Source: Sarea resinae (taxonomy: Eukaryota). Taken from it: DNA of 64,000 nucleotides. Under the pieces are notes generated by a model. The model was not told the origin of the DNA. It worked only from the letters and a program-made list of their open reading frames with translations, and made no database searches. Every line of letters begins with the position of its first letter. The stretch's first letter is position 1. The translations under genes were made by a program, and so were the position numbers. The DNA lies in contig JAPEUD010000008.1 of the NCBI GenBank assembly GCA_026026165.1, positions 248,001-312,000 on the forward strand. The letters run 5' to 3'. Of this stretch, positions 49,340 through 58,616 are shown one piece after another.

Positions 49340-49640
49340 ACAAAGACTCCACGAGCGTGACGGTATCCAATCCAGTTACGACAAACAAAAACAACGTCGT
49401 CATCATACCTCCTCCATTAACCACCTACGTCCTCCCTCGTCATTTCTCGATTTCATTCGGATCGACGGGCTCCGCTCTTGAGAACTTCTAGCTGTGCGAA
49501 AAGCATTTTCTCCATTGTTGATTCCCCCAAGACCCTCTTCCCAAACCCGTTTCGTGACGGTAACCAATCCTGTTGCGACAACCAACAGCAATACCACACC
49601 TGCTCCTCCATCTACCACCTTTACTTTCTGATCCGTATTC

Positions 49641-49793
49641 ATGGATAATAACGAGATTGGCTTCATTGCTGGAACGACCGTTAGCATTTCCATTATCATC
49701 GCTGTATCAGTTTGGATTTGCCGCAGAGGTGCACGCCGTTTGGCCGACGCGCAGACCAACGGTCAACCGATCGAACTAGCAAGACGCTGGTAA
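49641..49793 (+). CDS. Putative 50-aa single-pass membrane microprotein or uORF (copy 2), absent from the ORF track
   Basis: MDNNEIGFIAGTTVSISIIIAVSVWICRRGARRLADAQTNGQPIELARRW*: same architecture as copy 1, and both starts read V-F-M-D in frame. Confidence 0.5.
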   Translation: MDNNEIGFIAGTTVSISIIIAVSVWICRRGARRLADAQTNGQPIELARRW

Positions 49794-49848
49794 AGATCTT
49801 CTTCTTCACGAACATTTTCGAAGGGTCAAAAACGGTAGGGGTTTCAGA

Positions 49849-52800
49849 ATGGCGCCTTTACCAGTGGTGCATACGGCTGGATTTGTCCAAGATGCGAACC
49901 AGAAGCCTATGGACGAGTTGCAGCGCGCCCACCTTGCGCATTTTTACTTCAATTTTGCGATGATATCCCTCGCCGTCATTCTCGGCCCTTTTGTTCTTTA
50001 CTACATGTGGTGCTGCCTCAGGAATTGGGGCCGATGGCGCATTCGGAAGATGGTGCCCGCCGAGAACGGGCTTCCGTACTATCGACAATCATATGTCCAG
50101 ACCTGGCGTGGCTGGATACTACAAGATGCCAGAAACGCTGACGGCGGTAATGACAGACCGAAGTCTTGGATAAAACGGTGGATGGATAGGACCACAAGTG
50201 CGGATTTCAGTCGCATTTTCTGGAATCCGGCCGTCTCACAAGAGTTCGGTCTCCGAGAGCCCGCTCGGGTAGGCTCACGATGGCCATCCTGGGCGTGGAT
50301 TCAGAGGAAGAAGGTGACGGATCTGGAGAGGGGCGAGCGAGATTGCCAGAAGGCTGTCTCAATTGGCTCTTCGGCTGGCTCTGTAATCGTTCGTTCCTCG
50401 GGATTTAATGATGGTCGTCTTAATGGAGGCGACGGCAAGACGGGCCATGGCATGATACGCCGTCGTCAGTTCAAAAAGGAAAGCAAAATCCCCGTACCGG
50501 TGCAACGCCATCGCTCGGCTTCCGAAAATGATGTCCCTGAGCCTGTCAAGGAGAAGGTTCAGAATAACCGATCCACAAGCTCGCTCCCGACTAGGCCAAA
50601 GCCTCGCCCATCTTGTTTATCAGTCATGAGGTTGGCTGATAATCCGGACAAAATTGTCACGCCCGAGAAACGGCCTCGGAAAGCCATTCTGTCATCCACT
50701 GCCACTCGTCGCGAGACATCTAGCATTACGGCTTCTTTTCTGTCGGCGAAGGAATCACTCGACAGCTCTAGTACTACGAGTCTTGAGCAGCAAACGCCAA
50801 AGCAGGGTGCATCTTCTGCACAAGACGTCGAAAAGTTGACTCCTACAGACACTATCTCAGTTGAGATGACTTCCTCAGCCAGCCATGCTGAGAAGGAAGT
50901 TCCTATCGAGTCGCTCACGGAGGAGCAAATTATCAACAGGAAAGCTGATATTCTCTTGCAAGCCGTTCTCGATGTCCCAGAGTCTCCAGAGAAGATGAAT
51001 CAGAGTGAACCAGTCTATGGACACTGGTACCTTCCATCCCAAGGTGCAGCAGCACCAGTCATTGCTCCAGCGAACTCCGAAGTATCTTTCGAACAAGTTG
51101 GATCTGAGAGCTCTTCCGGGTCAGGAAACGAGCAACCAGTCGGTACTATTCGTCGGCAGCCGTTCAGAGACGCACCTGTTTCGGAGACCGACTCGGGATT
51201 TGGCAACAGTCTAACTCGCCGTCTCGAGATCTGGGAGTCACCAATGCTCTTGGATCCATTCAACCCTAGTCCGCGTGACTCTAGTGGTATAGCTGGTCGC
51301 TCTGCCAGTCCGGCCATGGGGTGGAGACAATTAAATGAGATTCCTATCCCGAATCAGCTGTCACTGTTTGAAGAGCCGTCCAACGAGCCTGAGATGTCAG
51401 AGAACGCCAGAGGCAAGCAGCCAGTTCGAGGTACTATCGCGGAAGCTTCTCGCATCGATTCTATTCGTGACAGAATCGATGAAGTAGTTGCCAAAAGCCC
51501 CATTAACGCTCCCTGGTTCCGCAATGAGCATCCCACTCCTTTGGACAAGATGCATGGGTATGCGGCACAGAATGAGTGTCTTGGGGTGCCTCAACGCAAG
51601 GAGAGGTGGTTTACGCCCCATCGTGAAGGCCGTACTCCATCAGTGTCTTCAAAGAGCAACTCAGGCCCCGCCTCCCGCGCGGTCTCATCTCCTATCGATG
51701 TCGACTTCCAGTTCCTGCGAGAGTCACCACCTCCGAGTTTCGCTTCCTCATCTTCTCCCTATTATGGCAGGACAGCAGGCATTGGTCTACTAAAGCCATT
51801 CAGTGAGCACGGTTCACCTAATGCGAAAAGTCTCGGCACTAAAGCCCTGACGATCTCAGAGACTGTTTTCCTGAAAGGGCTGAATCGCAAGTTGGATTGG
51901 CTTGAGTACGAGCTATCTCCTGGCTTCCGAGGACCGGATGAGAATCCAGCTGATAGTTATATGGCCAAGGCCGGTCTAACCTTGAACCCCGTCTCACGGG
52001 TCACGGAGGCCACCAAACGTGAATTGACGCGGTCGTCTGCTGGGTCCAAGTCTTCCGAGCACTCCACTCCACCGCCTAACAGGCACATCCGCAAGAAGAT
52101 CCCCACGCCTCGTATCGATTCTTGGCGTATCGCAAGCAATAAAGCCCGGCGCGTGTCGCTGAAGGAAGCATTCCTAGAGCCGATCACACAATTTGGTAGC
52201 GACGAACTCGAGCCTCGTGAAGGCGAGCTCGACACGGCTGCGTGGGTGCTCCGGAGACCGCCCCAGGGCATCCCGACGCCATCTGCACATGAAAGATCTC
52301 CATTTGTCTCGGGTGGTTTCAGACGCGCAGTCCTCGATGACGACAAACCCTCCAAGAAGACTCACCGGCGCACGCGGAAGCTCAAGCACCGAATGGCGCA
52401 AAGCACGGCCAAGGCTCGCACTGCCAGTGCTGAGGCCTTTCGTGCCTTCCGCGGCAAGGGCATCGTCAGGCGTCGCGGCACGCGCGTCAGCATGCGTCAG
52501 TCTCTGCGTACCAGTCGCTCGGCACGATCTTCGCGCTCGCAACTCTCTTTGTCGCACGAGCAGCCGCAGCAGACGGACGGGGCCGCTGATAACGACTCTC
52601 AGAGCTTCGTGGATCCCGAGTTCGAGGTCGAGAGCCGCAGCGCCATCTCCCGCGACATCAATGCTTTGGCCCATCTTCTTCTCGAACGCCCGGCCGCTGA
52701 CCCCGTCATGAACCTTTCTGCGCCTCTTTCTGCTGAGCAGATTTCTTCCAGTGAGCAGGCTTCTGGCATGCAGAACACAACGGCTGCCCAGGAAATCTCC

Positions 52801-53073
52801 TCGTCTAGGGAAAGAGCTATATCTGGCTTCCTCGGTCCATATGCCGTCACTGTCGGCCCCGGGGGGTCTGGACCTCAGCTCGAGGCTCAGCCCGAAGACC
52901 AGAACGACGCCGGGCTAGTATCTGGCTTCTTGGGCCCGTACGCCGTCACTGTCCGACGCGGTGGGAGTGGACCACAGCTCGAAGCGCCTCAGCCCGTGGA
53001 TCTCGATGGGGCCGAGGCTGTGTCTGGCTTCTTGGGCCCGTATAGCGTCACTGTCAGACCGGGCAGGTCGTGA
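49849..53073 (+). CDS. Hypothetical 1074-aa protein with an N-terminal TM helix, a long disordered region and three C-terminal repeats
   Basis: Single ORF; TM FAMISLAVILGPFVLYYMWCC; DLERG motif; ordered-looking blocks LNRKLDWLEYELSPGFRG and DTAAWVLRRPPQG; SGFLGPYAVTV..GGSGPQLE repeats start at 52822, 52921 and 53023. Confidence 0.85.
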   Translation: MAPLPVVHTAGFVQDANQKPMDELQRAHLAHFYFNFAMISLAVILGPFVLYYMWCCLRNWGRWRIRKMVPAENGLPYYRQSYVQTWRGWILQDARNADGGNDRPKSWIKRWMDRTTSADFSRIFWNPAVSQEFGLREPARVGSRWPSWAWIQRKKVTDLERGERDCQKAVSIGSSAGSVIVRSSGFNDGRLNGGDGKTGHGMIRRRQFKKESKIPVPVQRHRSASENDVPEPVKEKVQNNRSTSSLPTRPKPRPSCLSVMRLADNPDKIVTPEKRPRKAILSSTATRRETSSITASFLSAKESLDSSSTTSLEQQTPKQGASSAQDVEKLTPTDTISVEMTSSASHAEKEVPIESLTEEQIINRKADILLQAVLDVPESPEKMNQSEPVYGHWYLPSQGAAAPVIAPANSEVSFEQVGSESSSGSGNEQPVGTIRRQPFRDAPVSETDSGFGNSLTRRLEIWESPMLLDPFNPSPRDSSGIAGRSASPAMGWRQLNEIPIPNQLSLFEEPSNEPEMSENARGKQPVRGTIAEASRIDSIRDRIDEVVAKSPINAPWFRNEHPTPLDKMHGYAAQNECLGVPQRKERWFTPHREGRTPSVSSKSNSGPASRAVSSPIDVDFQFLRESPPPSFASSSSPYYGRTAGIGLLKPFSEHGSPNAKSLGTKALTISETVFLKGLNRKLDWLEYELSPGFRGPDENPADSYMAKAGLTLNPVSRVTEATKRELTRSSAGSKSSEHSTPPPNRHIRKKIPTPRIDSWRIASNKARRVSLKEAFLEPITQFGSDELEPREGELDTAAWVLRRPPQGIPTPSAHERSPFVSGGFRRAVLDDDKPSKKTHRRTRKLKHRMAQSTAKARTASAEAFRAFRGKGIVRRRGTRVSMRQSLRTSRSARSSRSQLSLSHEQPQQTDGAADNDSQSFVDPEFEVESRSAISRDINALAHLLLERPAADPVMNLSAPLSAEQISSSEQASGMQNTTAAQEISSSRERAISGFLGPYAVTVGPGGSGPQLEAQPEDQNDAGLVSGFLGPYAVTVRRGGSGPQLEAPQPVDLDGAEAVSGFLGPYSVTVRPGRS

Positions 53074-54316
53074 CCGCAGCTTGAGGACCAGAAGAATGAG
53101 CTTGAGGTCGAGCTGGACGGTGACGATGAGGAGTGGGAGGATATCGAGTTGGATTCTTGATAACGAAGATGATGACGATGATGATGTGGCTGAGAGCTCG
53201 GAAAGCGGCGACGGGCTAGATCCAACCGTTTCACTTGGCTGAACGATTGATTGATTGATTGAGCGGTCGATTCAGTGAGTAGTCATCCGGATTATCGCTG
53301 GGTTGATAGGATTGCTATGGATGGGCTATGTCACGCATACGGACATACATACACGTGCCACTCTTTTCATCTCATCTTCTTTTTTTTGGGGAGCTTCGAG
53401 CTCTTTGTTTTCTTTCGGACCGGCGTGTCCTGGGCTTGTTTTTTTGCTCGATCGATCAATTGCTTGCTGAATCGATGGATGGATTGTTTCAATTGGTCGA
53501 TGGCATCTATATACCCCCCTATTCCTCCTTGTCATTCGTTTGTTTGTGCTGTTCTACTTGGATCGCAAAGGCCATGAGCGAGCGTGTCATCACGATTCTC
53601 ATGTCCCGTCTTCATGGGTCTTGATTGACCAAGGTAGATAGATGATGAGACAGAAATGAAAAAAAGAAACTTGAAAGTGACAAGAAACGAGAAGATACGA
53701 GAAGAGATGGTCGAAGTCGTGATGGATTAATGGATTGATTGATTGATTGATTGATGGATGGATTGAATGAAGCACCTGAGCTGATGATTTGATAGATATT
53801 GATTGCCTTGTGATACCCATACTCATACCATACCCATACCATACGATAATGACAATGCACTCCAGGTGCCAGTTTGGTAGTTGCCAGTTGCCAGTTGCCA
53901 GCCAGCCAGTACTTCATACAGTACAGTATACGCGCCATGCATTCTACTACGAGCACGATAGCGTCCCTCTTCGTAGCGTACGGTAGCGCCTCTCTCTCCC
54001 TCTCTCTCTCTCTTTCTCTCTCTTCCATCTAAGCCGTATTCCGATTCATATTCCTATTCATCATTGGAGGAATGAGAAGAACAATGGGAACGAGAAGTTG
54101 GAATGAAGCAGTAATAGAAGAAGATATCGAAAGAAAAGAGAAAAGAAAACAACGAGAAGAAGGGAATAGAAAGAAAAGAGCGCTCTCGTCACTCGAGCGG
54201 GCATCTTTCGTCCAGTCCCCTGCTGAGTTGACTTGGGGACCTTGCAACCACATCACGCATTAGGTTTTTCCCGCTCTATGGCTCTTTTCTGTCGTTGGAT
54301 GTCTGGAGCTGAGGCT

Positions 54317-54382
54317 GGACCTGAACTTGGACTTCCACCTGAACCTGAACCGGGACCTGGACTTGGACCTGGACTTGGACCG
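54317..54382. repeat. Degenerate hexamer array (GGACCT/GAACCT/GGACTT)
   Basis: About 11 related 6-mers downstream of RTT103. Confidence 0.8.
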
Positions 54383-54564
54383 AGGGGGAACCGGGGGAAG
54401 GCGGATGGGGAAAAATAGTTCAATAAGTAGCTAGTTCCATAGTAACAGTGATAAGAACGGAAACAGAAAATCGAGACACAGAGAAACAAGGAGAATGGCG
54501 GGCACATCGAGAAAAAAGAAAACGACAACGGAGACAAGATTCTTTCATTCATTCATTTTCCCCA

Positions 54565-56152
54565 CTACCCCCTCCTCAGCATCTCGGCCACATCGGCATC
54601 GAGCCCGTCCATGGCGTCTCCACCGCCGAGACGGCTGGAGATGTCGTCTTCACCTTGATCCATCAGTTTGCGTTTTTTGGCACTCGCACTACTGGTACCA
54701 GGGCTGACGGCGCCGCCATTGACCGGGCTCCCGGAAGAGGGACCGCGCAGATATGATGGTAGTGAGAGGCTGGAGAGAAGATCTGATGCGACGGGGGTCG
54801 GAGCGTTAGCCGGAACGAGAGGCGGTGGCACAGCGGGCGCGGGCTCGGTATGGTCGGGAGCGTGCTCGTGGATGATGTCTGCGCCGGTAGAGGTAGAGAT
54901 GGGAAAGGCCGAGGGCGGCGGGGAGCCGGTGGGCGTCAGAGACTCGACGGGCGGAGGCGTGAGTTCCTCGACGTAGGGACGCTCGGGCTCGGCGGACTGC
55001 TGCCCATCGAGGGTGTCGGCGCCGGCTTCGAGGGGACTGCCGTTGCCTTGGTGGAGAGCGGGCGAGTTTTCGGCCGACGAAAGGCCCCGCATGATGCCGT
55101 CTTCGACTTCGCGCTTTTTGGCCTCGATGCTGGTTTTGCGCGACGAGAGCTCGAGGTGGGCGGACTCGTCGGCGGCGAGCGCCGTGCGGTTGGAGTTGAG
55201 GAGTTTTTCCAGCCCTGAGATGAGTGCTCGTCGCGCTTTGATGCTCTCTGCCACGGCTCCTTCGGCATTGGCTAGCGATCTGAGGAGGGCGCTCAGACGA
55301 GCGGCGTGGACTGGGGGCGGGGGTACTTCGCTGGAAGGATCCGTGAGTCGGTCGTATTCGGTGTTTGCGCTCGCCAGAGTCGTCTTTGCTGGGACCGAGG
55401 CTTTGGAGACAGACGTCTGAAGCGGGACGAGGGGTTGGATTTCTGGCGGCGCCGACGGGCCCGAGGAGTTTGCGAAGAGCGATCCCCCAAGAAGAGGTTT
55501 CTTGCCTGCCGAGCGGTTCTTATCCAAGCCTGAGAGAAGATTAGTCGGCGTCTGGGTGAGAGCGCGTGAGTCAAGCTCACCGTCAATGCGAGCCTCGATT
55601 GCTTCCTGGATGGGCAGTTCGAATATCTGACGCTGCCGCCAGACTTCAACGACACGACGAAGCTTCTGCTGGACTTCATTTGTCGATCCCTTGTATGCGG
55701 TAGCAGTGGCTTCCGCGATGATCTTGGACGGATTAGCTTTCGACGTCGCGCAGGCCAAGAGGTCAAGAAAATATATCGACTCACGGGAGAGAATGCAATA
55801 AGGAAGTCCTCTTTGCGCCGAGCTTTGGATTGTTGAACGACCTCTGTGGGAAAGGCATTAGTGGGGAAGATACCGAAGCAGGCTCAGTAGAGATATTACC
55901 ATTGGCAAGATATACCAGATTGAGCCTCTTGTTGGCACCGGAATCCTTCAGTCTCTGAAGCCAGAGCTGTCCTGTGCGTTCGGCATGTCTCCTGCAGAAG
56001 AAGGGCGTCCTTTAGCAGACGATTCGCCGGGATCGAGATGTGCATTTTTCGTACCTGTGGAACATGACCCATTGCGCGACGGTCACGATGCTCTCTTGCG
56101 TCTCGTTCAGCGCCGACAGCTTGGCCTTGACGGCTTCATCGGTGTAGGCCAT
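54565..56152 (-). CDS. RTT103: RNA Pol II CTD-interacting (CID) transcription termination factor Rtt103/RPRD, multi-exon
   Basis: MAYTDEAVKAKLSALNETQESIVTVAQWVMFHR-RHAERT..LW...KRLNLVYLAN-EVVQQSK...KLRRVVEVWRQRQIF. Confidence 0.92.
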
Positions 56153-56616
56153 CGTATTCTTCTCTCTGGCCGCAGCTATGATACCGTGTTCTCGTGAATG
56201 CCTGGATTTGGCGTTGTGGAGAGGAACGAGGGCGACAGTCCGACGATGGAGGATTGGAAGGTGGAATTGGAGCTTCACTGGCGGATCAGAGTGATGTGCC
56301 GGAACATGCCGCATGCTTGGAGCTGGGAAAGTCATTCATGTACCGAGATCACAAGTAGACGGTACGAGGAATAGCACAGACAACTCTTAGCAAGTCGCGG
56401 TTCAAGGAACTTGCAATGACCGTCACCTCCGTAGCTAGAAACACCTCCGATGGGACTGAACTCCTGGATCATTAACATTGAATCCAACGCTGAATCCGAT
56501 AATCATAACGCACAACTCTCACCACTCCCACTATTCTCACCAATTCGAAAACCTTCCTCTCCTCTTCTCTCCCATCTCTCTCCCCTCTCTTCACCCTCAC
56601 AGATCGCAGAGCCAAG

Positions 56617-57706
56617 ATGGCCGACCGATTCCCATCGATAGAGGAATTCTCAGCCGGTACGTGTCTCATCCATCAATCGCAGCCGTCTTCAATCGAGCTC
56701 GACTGTCCCAATCAGCTCAACTGACCAACCCTCTCCCTCGTGCAACAGGCCAGACGGAAACCAAGGCCGATGCAGACCTCAACCTCGACCCCACGACCGC
56801 CAGCGGCGCCGACTTCCTAGACCGCGAAAAGGCCGCGCTGGGCGACGACGCCGATCTGTTTGCGTCGGGCAACGACGACTTCAAGGGCACGGCCACGGTC
56901 GAGGACGGCGACGATGACCTACTAGGTGGTGGAGCAGATATCGGGGGCGGGGCGGCGGCGGACGGAGAGATGACGGACTTTGAGAGCTCGTTCCCGGCCA
57001 TTGATACCACCAATGAGGTCGGTCCCTCTTGTCTTTTCTGTCGTCAATCGCTCGGGTCGGGCATACTTTACGGGATGATATGAGGATCTTGGCATGAGCT
57101 CTAGAATAGCTGACATGGAGTTTCTTGTCTCAGAACGTCGCTCCCGGCGGCACAATCACAGGATCCAACCAACCCTTTCTCCCAGGCCAGCCTCACTCCT
57201 CTTTCTTCGCCTCGGTAGAAGACGAAGAAGAGCCCGAAGTAATCAAGTAAGCATGCACAGCCCTCCCTCGTCTCCCCTCTCACCCTTCGTGACCCTCACA
57301 ACCAAAGCTTCACCATCACAGCCATCTAACGCTCCCCTCCCCCTTCCCCTGCAGACAATGGCGCGAGAACCGAGACGCAGCCCTAGCCCAGCGAGCCGAG
57401 CTCTCCGCCTCGCGCAAGGCCGAGACGACGGCCGCCGCGCACGCCGCCATCGACGACTTCTACGAGAACTACAACACGAAGAAGGAGAAGACGATCGCGC
57501 AGACGCGCAAGGAGGCGGACGAGTTCCTCGCCAGCCGCGAGGACACGGCCGCCGGCGGCACCAGCTGGGAGCGCATCGCCAAGCTGGTCGATCTCAGCGG
57601 CAAGGGCGCCCGCGGCGGCGCGCACGGCACCGGCAAAGAGCGCTTCCGCGAGCTGTTGGTCAGTCTGCGCAAGGATGAGAAGGCGCCGGGTGCGTCGGGC
57701 TATTGA
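56617..57706 (+). CDS. CLC1: Clathrin light chain, 4 exons
   Basis: MADRFPSIEEF, DFLDREKAALGDDA, FESSFPAI, EEEPEVI.QWRE, AIDDFYENYN, GTSWERIAKLVDL, RFRELLVSLRKDEKAPGASGY*. Confidence 0.96.
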
Positions 57707-57966
57707 GCGTGGCGTGGCGTGGCGTGGCCATCCGTCTTCTGTTCCTATAGCTGGGGAAATAAGGGGAGGGTGTTAATTGAGGAAGGGGAAAAGACACCGA
57801 GGTCAAGTCAATAGTAGCAATAGTAGCAGTGATGGTGGTGGACGGGCAGTCAGGCGGGTTTAGTAGGCGGGCTAGGGTGGTGGTGCGGGATGTGGGCGTC
57901 CTTTTCTTTTTCTCCCGTCGTGTGGATGATGATCTCTATCTACATCATGCTTGCTTCGCCTTTCCT

Positions 57967-57997
57967 ACCAACCAACCAACCAACCAACCAACCAACC
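57967..57997. repeat. (ACCA)n microsatellite
   Basis: Tandem ACCA run between CLC1 and ArgRS. Confidence 0.9.
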
Positions 57998-58616
57998 TTT
58001 TCCAGTTCCAGTCTCAGTCTCAACTTTTTCTTCCCTCTTTCCAGACTGCTTGCTTTGCGTGTACGGTGTGATCTCATAAAGGGGGGGGCCCTTCCTACCT
58101 TTCCTCTACTACATCCTACTACCCAGCGACTCGCAAGAAGGAGAGAGAGAGAGAAAGGAAAAAAAGAGTCTTCTCCTGATAAGTTGTATCAAATACTAAA
58201 AAAGAAATACTCCGTCTCACATACTTCTCCCGCCAATGTCCACATCTGAACGTTTGAAAACGGGAATGGATTCCCGCCGCAAGAGCGTGGGCAGTAGAGT
58301 CTAAATAGATTGCACATCCATGGGACATGGGACATAGGACCCAGAGTGGCCAGGAAAGATTGACCCACACCGTACAAACCCTCACCTTCCCCCCCCCCCT
58401 TTTTGGAAAAGGTAGATATTTTCCTCGTCTTAGAACTTTTGTTTTTCTCTTCTCAAAACGCTAGGACTAAGCCCAGACACTCATACAAGACTGGAACAAC
58501 CAAGCGGCCCGCCTGGTCCCTTGTCCCTCGTCACCTTTGCAGCCGCCCAAAAAACCCCGTCGATTTCACACCCCCAATCCCTCCCTAGCGCACACACAAC
58601 ACCACACGGGCCTCAC

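Noticed and set aside
54253..54552. GPSPGPSPG ORF downstream of RTT103
   Set aside because: Produced by a hexamer repeat array in a convergent intergenic region.
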